Positions 1 through 10,302 of a DNA stretch of 49,033 nt are shown here, piece by piece. The translations under genes were made by a program, and so were the position numbers. The notes beneath the pieces were generated by a model that saw only the letters and a program-made list of their open reading frames with translations, was not told where the DNA came from and searched no databases. Every line of letters starts with the position of its first letter. Positions within the stretch are counted from its first letter, which is position 1. This stretch comes from Bacteroidales bacterium UBA1757 (GTDB taxonomy: Bacteria; Bacteroidota; Bacteroidia; Bacteroidales; UBA1402), in contig DCHH01000025.1 in the NCBI GenBank assembly GCA_002315625.1, positions 1 to 49,033 of the forward strand. Direction: 5' to 3'.

Positions 1-2
1 GT

Positions 3-176
3 GACCTGCCCCATTTTGCAAAAGCATTCCACGAAAAAGCCGATGCACTTCGGATTCTGCAATATTTGCGAAGCCAAGGGAACACAATACTGGTCCCTGA
101 AAATCTTTCAAAGTGGCGTAACAAACTGTACAAAGAGGAGAACAGGCAGCGTCAGGCTTTGGAGACCTTGCGGTAG
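3..176 (+). CDS. 3' end of an unidentified protein gene (partial, C-terminal 57 codons)
   Basis: Frame 3 is open from the window edge to TAG at 174-176. It reads DLPHFAKAFHEKADALRILQYLRSQGNTILVPENLSKWRNKLYKEENRQRQALETLR, which looks protein-like. It is missing from the ORF track because it has no start in the window. I do not recognise the family. Confidence 0.4.
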   Translation, partial: DLPHFAKAFHEKADALRILQYLRSQGNTILVPENLSKWRNKLYKEENRQRQALETLR

Positions 177-1078
177 TATAGTGCGCTCAATACGAGTACC
201 GCAACGGATATTATACTCATCCACATCTGAGATCCCGTACCTAACTCTTCTGCAAAAGAATCTGCCACCCATCCTTTATGGGCTGCAAAAGTGAAGAAGA
301 CAGCCACTGCGTTATTGGTGAAATGGGCTGCCATCGGCACCCACAGGCTACCGGTCCACCAAAGCATATAGCCAAACCAGGCTCCCATGAGCATGCGGGG
401 GAAGAATCCGTAAAACTGGAGGTGGAACGCACTGAAAAGGGCAGCCGATACCCAGATGGCGGCATGCATAGCCTTATTTGGTATCTCGTTGGTGCCATCC
501 TGCCCGCTTCTGAAGGCCTCCCCAAGCATCCGCATCAATGCTCCCCTGAACAGGATTTCCTCCGACAAAGCCGCCATAAGGGCAACAAGCAGAATGTTCA
601 TTATCAGGTCAATAAGAGACGTGCCTGATAGGAACATTTCCGTAGTCTGCTGAGCAACAGTTTCCATACTTCGCACCCAGTTTTCAAAAGAAGCCAGCCA
701 GTAAGGAAGCCGTATGGACTCGTTCCAATCAACCAAAAGATTGATGAGGGGCAGTGAGGCAATCATTGCGATGCAAGACACCGCCAAATTAGCCCCAAGA
801 CTGCCGCGTCCTCGAGAAATAAGAAGAAACGAATCAGCCGGTCTTCGACTGTACAGACAGACCATCAAGGCTGGCATAATAAACACAAGAGCATCCTGAA
901 GCACCTGCATCCAGCGCATTGTCGCAAGCGATGTGGTCATACACTGCATCGCTCCAGTAATTGAAACTCCTACGAAAACAACGGTTCCAAGAATAGTAAA
1001 CACGTATGTCAGCACTATGCCCGCCAGCATTGCGGACAACAGGATGAAGAGTCTTCCCCAAAAACCTTTCTGTTGCAT
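152..1078 (-). CDS. CPBP family intramembrane glutamic endopeptidase (CAAX protease-like)
   Basis: 308 aa polytopic membrane protein. It carries the CPBP motifs EEILFRG and FSAFH, plus a later HFTNN. Confidence 0.8.
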   Translation of the reverse strand: MQQKGFWGRLFILLSAMLAGIVLTYVFTILGTVVFVGVSITGAMQCMTTSLATMRWMQVLQDALVFIMPALMVCLYSRRPADSFLLISRGRGSLGANLAVSCIAMIASLPLINLLVDWNESIRLPYWLASFENWVRSMETVAQQTTEMFLSGTSLIDLIMNILLVALMAALSEEILFRGALMRMLGEAFRSGQDGTNEIPNKAMHAAIWVSAALFSAFHLQFYGFFPRMLMGAWFGYMLWWTGSLWVPMAAHFTNNAVAVFFTFAAHKGWVADSFAEELGTGSQMWMSIISVAVLVLSALYYRKVSKA

Positions 1079-1202
1079 GATATTAGGAAATTATGATGTC
1101 ATCAAGCCTGTGATGACGTTAATTATTCATCGATAATTTCGCGAAGGTAGTGCTTTGTTCGAAGGGGACAAAATAAAGTTTGGGTTTTACGAAGATAAAG
1201 TG

Positions 1203-1210
1203 TACTTTTG
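1203..1210 (+). promoter_or_regulatory. Bacteroides-type -7 promoter box (TACTTTTG) for tig
   Basis: Matches TAnnTTTG. A TTTG at 1179-1182 sits about 20 nt upstream (-33 element). The box is 42 nt upstream of the tig ATG. Confidence 0.5.
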
Positions 1211-1251
1211 CCCGCTAATTTCAAGAGTATATAAATTCAATTATAACAACA

Positions 1252-2589
1252 ATGAACGTAGAGAAAATTGCAATTGACAATGTCAATGCACAAATCAAGA
1301 TCAACCTTGTCAAAGCTGATTATCAGGAAAAAGTAGAGAAAACCCTCAAGGAATATCGCCGCAAGGCCAATATCCCAGGCTTCCGCCCGGGCATGGTCCC
1401 CGCCGGCATGATCAAACGCCTCTACGGTAAGGGAATTCTGGCAGAAGAGGTAAACAAGCTTCTCTCCGACTCGCTGTTCAACTACATTCAGGAGAACAAA
1501 CTGAACATTCTCGGCGAGCCTCTCCCCGCAGAAGACCAGAAAGCACAGGATCTCGAGACTCAGGAAGAACTCGAGTTCGTCTTCGACATAGCCCTTGCAC
1601 CCGAGCTGGAATACACACTCAACAAGCGTGATTCGATTCCGTATTATACTATCACCGTGACCGATGAAATGGTCGAAAACCAGATTAAGTCACTATCTGC
1701 CCGTGGCGGAAAATACGAGAAGGTTGAAGCCTATACCGAAGGCGACACCATGAAGGGTGTTCTGACCGAGCTCGCAGACGACCCCGTAATTGTCGAAGAT
1801 GCCATGATTCTTCCCTCTTACTTCAAGAACGCTGACGAGAAGGCTAAAATGACTGGCGCAAAGGTCGGCGACATTATCACATACAATCCATGGAACGCAT
1901 GGGACGGCAGCGAAGCTGAAATGGCATCCCTGCTGCGCCTGCCCAAGGAAAAGGCCAAGGAAATCAAGTCGGACTTCACTTTCGAGGTAAAGGAAATAAA
2001 CCACTTCACCGAAGGCGAACTCAATCAGGATCTGTTCGACCAGATTTACGGCAAAGACACCGTCAAGGGTGAAGAAGAATTCCGTGCACGCGTCAAATCG
2101 GACATCGCCACGCAGTTCGTACCCGAATGCGAATACCGCTTCATGGTCGATGCAGAAGCCGTCCTAGTCAGGAAATTCAAGGATGTCGCCTTCCCGGAAG
2201 CCTTCCTGAAACGCTGGTTGCTCACCACCGACAGCAAGAAGACCGCCGAGCAGATAGACGCTGACATGCCCAAGATGATTGAAGAACTGAAATGGCACCT
2301 TATGAAGGAAGACATTGTCAAGAAGAACAATCTGGAAATCAAGGAAGAAGACATTCTGGACGCCGCCAAGAAAGTGACCAAAGCCCAGTTCGCACAGTAT
2401 GGAATGGGCAATATTCCCGATGAATTGCTGGAAAATTATGCGAAAGAGATGTTGCAAAAACCCGAAACAGCCCGTAATTTACAAGACCAAGCCATGAGTG
2501 CTAAAGTGGCCGGTTTCCTGAAAGAGACCATCAAGCTGAATCAGAAAGAGGTCTCTATGGAAGAGTTCAACAAGCTTTTCGAGAAATAA
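1252..2589 (+). CDS. tig: trigger factor
   Basis: 445 aa with the N-terminal ribosome-binding signature GFRPGMVP. Followed by clpP and clpX, as in many bacteria. Confidence 0.92.
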   Translation: MNVEKIAIDNVNAQIKINLVKADYQEKVEKTLKEYRRKANIPGFRPGMVPAGMIKRLYGKGILAEEVNKLLSDSLFNYIQENKLNILGEPLPAEDQKAQDLETQEELEFVFDIALAPELEYTLNKRDSIPYYTITVTDEMVENQIKSLSARGGKYEKVEAYTEGDTMKGVLTELADDPVIVEDAMILPSYFKNADEKAKMTGAKVGDIITYNPWNAWDGSEAEMASLLRLPKEKAKEIKSDFTFEVKEINHFTEGELNQDLFDQIYGKDTVKGEEEFRARVKSDIATQFVPECEYRFMVDAEAVLVRKFKDVAFPEAFLKRWLLTTDSKKTAEQIDADMPKMIEELKWHLMKEDIVKKNNLEIKEEDILDAAKKVTKAQFAQYGMGNIPDELLENYAKEMLQKPETARNLQDQAMSAKVAGFLKETIKLNQKEVSMEEFNKLFEK

Positions 2590-2595
2590 AAAAAC

Positions 2596-3306
2596 ATGCA
2601 AAACGATTTCCGTAAATTTGCCACAGGGCATCTTGGAATGAACGGACTGGCCCTTGACCAGTATGCCGCATTCACCAGCAAGGCTGCCATGGGAAACTGT
2701 CTTACCAGCATCTCAGACAGCAGTTACATCAATCCTACCATCATTGAGGAGCGTCCTTTGAACGTTGCCCAGATGGATGTGTTCTCACGTCTGATGATGG
2801 ACCGGATCATCTTCCTCGGCACACAGATTGACGACTATACCGCCAACGTGGTACAGGCCCAGCTCCTCTACCTCGACTCTGCCGACGCCGGCAAGGACAT
2901 TTCGCTCTACATCAATTCTCCCGGCGGACAGGTGTATGCCGGATTGGGAATCTATGACACAATGCAGTTCATACAGAGCGATGTCTCGACCATCTGTACC
3001 GGCATGGCTGCCTCAATGGCCGCAGTTCTTTTGGTCGCCGGTCAGAAAGGCAAACGCTATGCATTAAAACATAGCCGGGTGATGATTCATCAGCCGATGG
3101 GAGGTGCCCAGGGGCAGGCTTCAGATATGGAAATCACAGTCAGAGAAATACAGAAACTCAAAAAGGAATTATATACCATCATTTCCGACCATTCAGGAAA
3201 ACCGTTCGAAACAGTCGAAAAGGATTCCGACCGCGACTACTGGATGACTGCCTCTGAGGCAAAGGAATATGGTATGATTGACGACGTGATGGTTCGTACC
3301 AAATAA
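2596..3306 (+). CDS. clpP: ATP-dependent Clp protease proteolytic subunit
   Basis: Contains INSPGG, active-site Ser in GMAASMAA, and MIHQP (His). The N-terminal extension is typical of Bacteroidota ClpP, so the exact start is uncertain. Confidence 0.93.
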   Translation: MQNDFRKFATGHLGMNGLALDQYAAFTSKAAMGNCLTSISDSSYINPTIIEERPLNVAQMDVFSRLMMDRIIFLGTQIDDYTANVVQAQLLYLDSADAGKDISLYINSPGGQVYAGLGIYDTMQFIQSDVSTICTGMAASMAAVLLVAGQKGKRYALKHSRVMIHQPMGGAQGQASDMEITVREIQKLKKELYTIISDHSGKPFETVEKDSDRDYWMTASEAKEYGMIDDVMVRTK

Positions 3307-3307
3307 T

Positions 3308-4555
3308 ATGGCTACACAGGAAAAATGCAGTTTCTGCGGCCGTACGCGCAAGGAAGTCTCCTTGCTCATGAGTGGCATTTCCGGCTTCATCTGTGATGAA
3401 TGTGCTGCCCGCGCCTACGAAATGGCACAGGAACTCACCAGGGAAAAATCAGGCGGAAAAGGACAGTTCGACTTGAAAAGCCTTCCCACCCCAAAGCAGA
3501 TCAAGGCTTTCCTGGACGAGTATGTCATCGGTCAGGACGAAGCCAAAATGTACCTTTCAGTATCAGTCTATAACCACTACAAACGGCTGATGCAGAAGTC
3601 TTTCAAAGGGAAGGACAACAGCAGTGACGATGTTGAGATAGAAAAGTCCAACATTATCATGGTCGGAGCTACCGGAACCGGAAAGACTCTTATGGCCAAG
3701 ACCATTGCCAAGATGCTTAAGGTTCCATTCACCATCGTCGATGCCACTGTACTCACAGAGGCCGGCTATGTGGGAGAGGATGTTGAAAGCCTCCTCACAC
3801 GCCTGCTTCAGGAGAGTGATTACGATGTGGCGTCCGCCGAAAGGGGAATAGTCTTTATCGATGAAATTGACAAGATTGCCCGCAAGGGTGACAACCCGTC
3901 GATAACCCGCGATGTCAGCGGCGAAGGAGTCCAGCAGGGGCTTCTCAAACTGTTGGAAGGGTCAATAGTGAATGTTCCGCCACAAGGAGGCCGCAAGCAC
4001 CCCGAGCAGCGTATGATACCGGTCAATACACAGAACATCCTTTTCATCTGCGGCGGAGCCTTCGACGGTATCGAGAAGAAAATAGCACAGCGCCTGAACA
4101 CCACTGTGGTCGGTTACGGAGCCTCCCAGAAGTCAGAGCAGATTGACAAAAACGATTTGCTGCAGTACGTCGCCCCTCAGGATTTGAAAGCCTTCGGACT
4201 GATTCCGGAGATTATCGGCCGCCTTCCAATTCTCACCTATCTCGAGCCGCTCGACCGAAAGGCTCTCCGCTCCATACTTACCGAACCCAAGAATGCCATC
4301 ACAAAACAGTATGTCAAGCTTTTCGAGATGGACGGGATTACCCTCACATTCGACGAAGATGTACTTGAATACATAATTGATAAAGCAATCGAATTCAAAC
4401 TAGGAGCCCGTGGCCTCAGGGCCATTACGGAAACCATCATGATGGAAACCATGTATGAGACCCCATCTTCAAGGAGGAAGAAGGTCTGCATCACGCTCGA
4501 TTATGCAAAATCCAAGATTGAAACGGCTAATGCGACACGGCTCAAATCCATATAG
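3308..4555 (+). CDS. clpX: ATP-dependent Clp protease ATP-binding subunit ClpX
   Basis: N-terminal zinc finger CSFCG...CDEC, Walker A GATGTGKT, Walker B FIDEIDK. The start is 1 nt after the clpP stop. Confidence 0.96.
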   Translation: MATQEKCSFCGRTRKEVSLLMSGISGFICDECAARAYEMAQELTREKSGGKGQFDLKSLPTPKQIKAFLDEYVIGQDEAKMYLSVSVYNHYKRLMQKSFKGKDNSSDDVEIEKSNIIMVGATGTGKTLMAKTIAKMLKVPFTIVDATVLTEAGYVGEDVESLLTRLLQESDYDVASAERGIVFIDEIDKIARKGDNPSITRDVSGEGVQQGLLKLLEGSIVNVPPQGGRKHPEQRMIPVNTQNILFICGGAFDGIEKKIAQRLNTTVVGYGASQKSEQIDKNDLLQYVAPQDLKAFGLIPEIIGRLPILTYLEPLDRKALRSILTEPKNAITKQYVKLFEMDGITLTFDEDVLEYIIDKAIEFKLGARGLRAITETIMMETMYETPSSRRKKVCITLDYAKSKIETANATRLKSI

Positions 4556-4567
4556 ACAATCGAAAAA

Positions 4568-4599
4568 GGCGGAAAATGATGTTTTTTCCGTCTTTTTTT
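4568..4599 (+). terminator. Rho-independent terminator after clpX
   Basis: Stem GGCGGAAAA / TTTTCCGTC (one G-T pair) with loop TGATGTT, followed by T7. Confidence 0.7.
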
Positions 4600-4615
4600 G
4601 TAATTATTTACTTCA

Positions 4616-4623
4616 TACGTTTG
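4616..4623 (+). promoter_or_regulatory. candidate -7 box (TACGTTTG) for recQ
   Basis: Matches TAnnTTTG. A second match, TAAATTTG, lies at 4645-4652. I cannot tell from sequence which one is used. Confidence 0.35.
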
Positions 4624-4676
4624 TTTATGTACGGAATTTGTCCCTAAATTTGTCTTAGAATACAAAATATGTATAT

Positions 4677-6860
4677 ATGCCAAAATCCAATGAACTGGTA
4701 GAACAACTGAAGCACCACTTCGGATTTGATTCATTCAAGGGGAACCAAGAGGCCATTATCAGAAGTATTATGGCTGGCAAGGACACATTTGTTCTAATGC
4801 CTACCGGCGGCGGAAAATCTCTTTGCTACCAACTTCCAGCCCTTCTTTTGGAAGGAACGGCAATTGTCATATCCCCACTGATAGCCTTAATGAAAAACCA
4901 GGTTGACGCCATGCGCAATTTCAGTGAGGAGGATGGTGTTGCCCATTTCATCAACTCGTCACTGAACAAGACCGCCATAGACCAGGTTCGCGCAGACATC
5001 GTAAGCGGAAAGACCAAGCTTCTCTATGTGGCTCCTGAATCTCTTACCAAAGAAGAAAACATCGAGTTCCTGCGTACAATCAAGATCTCGCTCTTCGCTG
5101 TTGACGAGGCCCACTGTATCTCGGAATGGGGACATGACTTCCGACCCGAGTACCGTCGCATCCGCCCTCTTATCAATGAGATAGGCCGCACTCCGATTAT
5201 TGCTTTGACTGCCACTGCTACTCCGAAGGTGCAGCACGACATTCAGAAAAACCTCGGCATGATGGATGCCGCCGTTTTCAAGTCATCATTCAACCGTCCG
5301 AACCTCTATTACGAAATCCGTCCCAAGACCAACGACATTGAGAAGGACATCATTAAATTCATCCGTGCAAACGAAGGAAAATCGGGCATTATTTATTGCC
5401 TTAGCCGCAAACGGGTGGAGAAGCTGGCCGAGACATTGTGCGTAAACGGCATCAAGGCACTTCCATATCATGCCGGCATGGACAGCATGGCCCGCAGCAA
5501 GAACCAGGATGATTTCCTGATGGAAAGAGTCGATGTAATAGTGGCTACCATAGCTTTCGGTATGGGTATTGACAAGTCGGATGTCCGTTATGTGATACAT
5601 TATGACATGCCGAAAAGCCTGGAAGGGTATTATCAGGAGACCGGACGCGCCGGACGAGACGATGGCGAAGGTGTATGCCTTGCCTTCTATTCCGACAAAG
5701 ACTTACAGAAGCTTGAAAAGTTCATGCAGGGCAAACCTGTTGCCGAACAGGAGATCGGCAAGGAACTTCTGCTCGAGACAGCCGCATACGCCGAATCAGC
5801 TGACTGCCGCCGCAAACTGCTGCTTCACTATTTCGGAGAGAACTTTGACCAGGACAACTGCGGAAACTGCGACAACTGCCTCAACCCCAAGAAACAGGTT
5901 GATGCTACAGAACTGCTGACGACTATTCTTGATACAGTCTTAGCCGTCAAGGAAAAGTTCAAGACCGACCATATCATTGACATTCTCAAGGGAAGCACTA
6001 AAAACCAGGATATCTTCTCATATCACCATGACGACCTTGAAACATACGGTTCCTGTCCGGACGAAGATGAGAAGACACTTGGCATCGTCATACGGAAAGC
6101 CCTGATAGACGGTTATCTGGACAAGGAGATCGAGAACTATGGCATTCTCAAACTGACACCTGCCGGAAAAGAATTCCTCAAGAAGCCCAAATCATTCAAG
6201 ATTACACAGCAGGTAAACGACGAGGAAGAGGAAGAGGAGGAAATGCCGATTCAGGGCGGTATCACCAGCGCTGTTGACCCCATAATGTTCTCCATGCTGA
6301 AAAACCTGCGCAAACAGATTTCCAAGCAGCTGAATCTCCCGCCGTACGTCATTTTCCAGGACCCTTCTCTCGAAGCCATGGCCACGACCTATCCCATCAC
6401 CATGGAAGAGTTGCAGAACATTCCTGGAGTGGGCACCGGCAAGGCCAAACGCTATGGTCAGGAGTTCCTGTCCCTCATCAAGAAGCACGTTGAGGAAAAC
6501 GAGATTGAACGTCCTGAAGACCTTAGGGTGCGCACAGTAGCCAACCGTTCCAAGATGAAAGTCTCTATCATTCAAGCCATTGACCGAAAAGTAGAGCTCG
6601 ATGAACTTGCCCGCAGCAAGGGTCTGAGCTTCGGAGAACTGCTTGATGAAATTGAGGCTATTGTCTATTCGGGCACGAAGATCAACATTTCATACTTTGT
6701 CAATGAGGTAATCGACGAAGACCGCATGGCAGACTTATATGACTACTTCAAGGAGTCATCAAGCGACAGTGTCGATGAGGCCATGGAAGTGGTTGGCGAT
6801 TGCTCGGAAGAGGAAGTCCGACTTGTACGCATTAACTTCATATCAGAATACGGGAACTAA
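4677..6860 (+). CDS. recQ: ATP-dependent DNA helicase RecQ
   Basis: 727 aa. Contains PTGGGKS, DEAH-type box VDEAHCISEWGHDFRPEY, the zinc-binding CRR...CGNCDNC, and a C-terminal HRDC-like region. Confidence 0.95.
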   Translation: MPKSNELVEQLKHHFGFDSFKGNQEAIIRSIMAGKDTFVLMPTGGGKSLCYQLPALLLEGTAIVISPLIALMKNQVDAMRNFSEEDGVAHFINSSLNKTAIDQVRADIVSGKTKLLYVAPESLTKEENIEFLRTIKISLFAVDEAHCISEWGHDFRPEYRRIRPLINEIGRTPIIALTATATPKVQHDIQKNLGMMDAAVFKSSFNRPNLYYEIRPKTNDIEKDIIKFIRANEGKSGIIYCLSRKRVEKLAETLCVNGIKALPYHAGMDSMARSKNQDDFLMERVDVIVATIAFGMGIDKSDVRYVIHYDMPKSLEGYYQETGRAGRDDGEGVCLAFYSDKDLQKLEKFMQGKPVAEQEIGKELLLETAAYAESADCRRKLLLHYFGENFDQDNCGNCDNCLNPKKQVDATELLTTILDTVLAVKEKFKTDHIIDILKGSTKNQDIFSYHHDDLETYGSCPDEDEKTLGIVIRKALIDGYLDKEIENYGILKLTPAGKEFLKKPKSFKITQQVNDEEEEEEEMPIQGGITSAVDPIMFSMLKNLRKQISKQLNLPPYVIFQDPSLEAMATTYPITMEELQNIPGVGTGKAKRYGQEFLSLIKKHVEENEIERPEDLRVRTVANRSKMKVSIIQAIDRKVELDELARSKGLSFGELLDEIEAIVYSGTKINISYFVNEVIDEDRMADLYDYFKESSSDSVDEAMEVVGDCSEEEVRLVRINFISEYGN

Positions 6861-6886
6861 CTGAATAAACAACAAATCAATATATT

Positions 6887-8362
6887 ATGTCATTTATAGA
6901 AGATAGGATTGCCTACGACGGACTCACATTTGATGATGTCCTGCTCATTCCAGCTTATTCGGAAGTCACTCCACGAGATGTGGAACTCTCTACCCGCTTT
7001 TCAAAAAACATCGACCTGAAGATTCCAATCGTTTCGGCTGCTATGGATACCGTAACCGAGTCGAAGATGGCCATCGCGATTGCTCGCGAAGGAGGTATCG
7101 GTGTGATTCACAAGAATATGAGTATTGAAGAGCAGGCTCGTCAGGTCAAGACCGTGAAGCGTGCCGAGAACGGCATGATTTACGATCCCGTCACGATTCA
7201 CCGTGATGCCAACGTACGTCAGGTAAAATCCCTGATGCAGGAGTATCACATCGGAGGCATACCAGTGGTTGATGACAACCGCAAGCTCATCGGCATTGTC
7301 ACAAACCGCGACCTTCGTTTTGAAAAAAATCTGGACCGTCCTATCGTCGAGGTCATGACAAAGGAAAACCTCATTACCACAAGACAATCCACAGACCTCA
7401 AGGCTGCAGAAGAGATTCTCCAGCAGTACAAGATTGAGAAGCTTCCCGTCGTAGATGGTGAAGGCCATCTCGTAGGACTTCTTACCTATAAGGACATTAC
7501 CAAGGCAAAGGACAAGCCATCATCATGCAAGGACGAGAAAGGTCGTCTTCGCGTTGCCGCCGGAGTCGGCGTGACCCACGACACCATGGATCGCGTAGAG
7601 GCTTTGAACGATGCTCAGGTTGATGCCGTTGTCATTGATACTGCTCACGGACATTCGCTCAACGTCATCAACACTCTCAAAAAGGTGAAAGGCGCATTCC
7701 CCCATCTGGATGTGCTTGTTGGCAACATCGCAACGGGTGAGGCTGCAAAAATGCTCGCCGAAGCAGGTGCTGACGGTATCAAAGTCGGTATCGGACCCGG
7801 CAGTATCTGCACGACTCGTATTATTGCCGGCATAGGTGTTCCGCAACTCTCAGCCATATACAATGTGTATAGCGCTGTCAAGCAATACAACATTCCTATT
7901 ATCGCCGATGGCGGTATCCGTTATTCAGGCGACATCGTCAAGGCTCTTGCAGCAGGCGGAAACTGCATCATGGCAGGTTCGCTGTTTGCCGGCGTCGAGG
8001 AATCACCGGGCGACACTATCATTTTCAACGGACGTAAGTTCAAGGCATACAGAGGCATGGGCTCCATCGAGGCTATGGAAAAAGGTTCGAAGGACCGCTA
8101 TTTCCAGGCCGACGAAAAGGATTCCAAGAAACTGGTTCCTGAAGGAATCGTGGCAAGAGTTCCCTACAAAGGCTCTCTTTATGAAGTGGTCTATCAGATG
8201 ATTGGCGGACTGAGGTCTGGTATGGGATACTGCGGTGCCCGAAACATAGAAGCTCTGCATTCGGCCAAATTCACCCGCATCACCCCTGCTGGTATGTCAG
8301 AAAGCCATCCGCATGATGTCTCCATCACTGCCGAAGCTCCGAACTATTCCCGTATGGACTGA
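6887..8362 (+). CDS. guaB: IMP dehydrogenase
   Basis: 491 aa with the catalytic loop [11 protein letters not shown] and an internal CBS pair. The N- and C-termini are typical of IMPDH. Confidence 0.96.
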   Translation: MSFIEDRIAYDGLTFDDVLLIPAYSEVTPRDVELSTRFSKNIDLKIPIVSAAMDTVTESKMAIAIAREGGIGVIHKNMSIEEQARQVKTVKRAENGMIYDPVTIHRDANVRQVKSLMQEYHIGGIPVVDDNRKLIGIVTNRDLRFEKNLDRPIVEVMTKENLITTRQSTDLKAAEEILQQYKIEKLPVVDGEGHLVGLLTYKDITKAKDKPSSCKDEKGRLRVAAGVGVTHDTMDRVEALNDAQVDAVVIDTAHGHSLNVINTLKKVKGAFPHLDVLVGNIATGEAAKMLAEAGADGIKVGIGPGSICTTRIIAGIGVPQLSAIYNVYSAVKQYNIPIIADGGIRYSGDIVKALAAGGNCIMAGSLFAGVEESPGDTIIFNGRKFKAYRGMGSIEAMEKGSKDRYFQADEKDSKKLVPEGIVARVPYKGSLYEVVYQMIGGLRSGMGYCGARNIEALHSAKFTRITPAGMSESHPHDVSITAEAPNYSRMD

Positions 8363-8365
8363 ACT

Positions 8366-10282
8366 ATGAAAAAAAGCATTCTCTTTATTGCATCAGCGCT
8401 GGCTATGTTCTCAACCCAGGCTTCCGTCAATGACCCTATTGTCATGACTGTCAACGGAAAAGGCGTCCCGAGTTCCGAATTCGAATACATCTGGCACAAG
8501 AACAGCAATGTCGCCTCCGACACGCTGAGCGTGCGCCAGTATGCTGACATGTTCGCCCTATTCAAAATGAAGGTAGCTGCTGCAGAAGAAGCAGGTATTG
8601 ACACAACGAAAGCGTTTCTTGACGAATGGAGAGGATACCGCTCACAGCTGACCGGAGATTATCTGAAAGACGAAGACTCAGAGCGCGAGGTTATCGCAGA
8701 AGCCTATCGTATGTCTTACACATACACTGATGCCAGCCACATACTTATCCAGGTTGGACGGTATGCAGACCCCGCTGATACATTGGAAGCATACAACAAA
8801 ATCATGGAAGTCCGCAAGCTGGCTCTTAAGAAGAATGCCGACTTTGCCGCTTTGGCCAGGGAGTACTCTTCCGACGGAAGCAAGCAGGACGGCGGACATC
8901 TTGGAGTCAACATTGCCGGCCGCTATATCTATCCGTTCGCCAAGACCCTCATGCAACTCAAAGAGGGTGAAATAAGTGAACCAATCCGTTCACAATTCGG
9001 CTACCACCTTATTCTGCTGCACAAACGGTTCGAGGCTCCAGGACAGTATGTCACAGCTCACATCTTCAAGCAGGCCCCGCTTCAGAGCGGTGAAGAGGCC
9101 CGTGAAAAGGCCCATCAGGCAATCATGGCAATCTACGACAACCTGAAGGCCGGTATGGACTTTATTCAGGTCGCCACTTCCTCGGTCAACGATGACCAGT
9201 ACCCCAAAGAGCATGGTGGTATGTATCCGGCTATTGACCCGGGACAGATGCCGTACGAATACGAAAAAGCCGTTTATGGACTGAAAGACGGCGAGTATTC
9301 GGAACCTTTTAGTACTGATTACGGCTGGCACATCGTCAAGAGGATTTCCTTGGAGCCTCTCAAGAGTATTCAAGCCATGGAAAAAGACCTCAAAGCGATG
9401 ATTGACCACGATGAAAGAGCAGAAACGGGCCGTAACGGACTGGCACAAAAGCTAAAGGAGGAATATGCCTATACCTTCAACAACAAAGCTTTCGAGGCAT
9501 TCTGTCAGGCTGCCAAAGAGCACGGCAAACTGGACTCTGAACTGTCTGACAAGGTCAGTTCATTGGGAAACATTGCTTCCTTCAAGGATAACACAATTAG
9601 TGCTATTGATTTTGCCAAGTTCCTACAAAACGGCAAATACCATATTCACTACCTGTCCGAAGCGTGGAACAAATACGCCAACCTGCGTATCCTTTCCTAC
9701 GAAGATAGTCAACTGGAGAAAAAACATCCCGAATTCGGCCATCTGATGCAGGAATATCACGACGGCTTGCTCCTTTTCGAAATAAGCAACCGCGAAGTGT
9801 GGAACAAGGCCACGACCGACAAGGAAGGTCTGAAAGCATATTTCGAGGCTAACAAGGCGAATTATACTTGGGATGAACCCCGTTACAAAGGTGTCATCAT
9901 CTACTGCGCCGACCCCAAAATGGCCTCCAAGGTAAAAAAGGCGGCAAAGAATCTGCCGACTGATTCTATCTTCACGGTACTGAGACGCACTTTCAACAAC
10001 GACAGCACCAAGCTTATCAAGATGGAGAGGGGTCTATTCAAACCCGGTGACAATCCTGTTGTTGACAAGCTCGCCTTCAAGCAGGGAGACTGGACTGCCG
10101 ACGAGGCTTTCCCCGTTGTCTGGCTTCAAGGCAAGACTTTGGATGCTCCCGAAGAGGTCAATGACATCAGGGGCGCCGCAACGACAGACTACCAGCAGTA
10201 TCTCGAGAATCAGTGGATTGCAAAACTTCGTGAGAAATACCCCGTGGAAATTGACGAAGAAGCAATGAAAAAAATTAAGTAA
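8366..10282 (+). CDS. periplasmic peptidyl-prolyl isomerase with two parvulin (PpiC-type) domains
   Basis: Signal peptide MKKSILFIASALAMFSTQA. Two rotamase-like segments end in FGYHLILL and YGWHIVKR. Confidence 0.8.
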   Translation: MKKSILFIASALAMFSTQASVNDPIVMTVNGKGVPSSEFEYIWHKNSNVASDTLSVRQYADMFALFKMKVAAAEEAGIDTTKAFLDEWRGYRSQLTGDYLKDEDSEREVIAEAYRMSYTYTDASHILIQVGRYADPADTLEAYNKIMEVRKLALKKNADFAALAREYSSDGSKQDGGHLGVNIAGRYIYPFAKTLMQLKEGEISEPIRSQFGYHLILLHKRFEAPGQYVTAHIFKQAPLQSGEEAREKAHQAIMAIYDNLKAGMDFIQVATSSVNDDQYPKEHGGMYPAIDPGQMPYEYEKAVYGLKDGEYSEPFSTDYGWHIVKRISLEPLKSIQAMEKDLKAMIDHDERAETGRNGLAQKLKEEYAYTFNNKAFEAFCQAAKEHGKLDSELSDKVSSLGNIASFKDNTISAIDFAKFLQNGKYHIHYLSEAWNKYANLRILSYEDSQLEKKHPEFGHLMQEYHDGLLLFEISNREVWNKATTDKEGLKAYFEANKANYTWDEPRYKGVIIYCADPKMASKVKKAAKNLPTDSIFTVLRRTFNNDSTKLIKMERGLFKPGDNPVVDKLAFKQGDWTADEAFPVVWLQGKTLDAPEEVNDIRGAATTDYQQYLENQWIAKLREKYPVEIDEEAMKKIK

Positions 10283-10302
10283 CCTCGGTTCCTGTTAACA
10301 GC

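Noticed and set aside
1-294. A 97-aa plus-strand ORF at the window start.
   Set aside because: It runs antisense into the CPBP gene and its translation is Cys/Arg-rich and not protein-like. The frame-3 reading that ends at 176 is the more plausible coding frame for bases 3-176.
6221-6242. A GAG/GAA repeat encoding EEEEEEE inside recQ.
   Set aside because: It is a short acidic linker between the RecQ core and the HRDC region, a common low-complexity feature. It is in frame and not a DNA-level tandem array of note.
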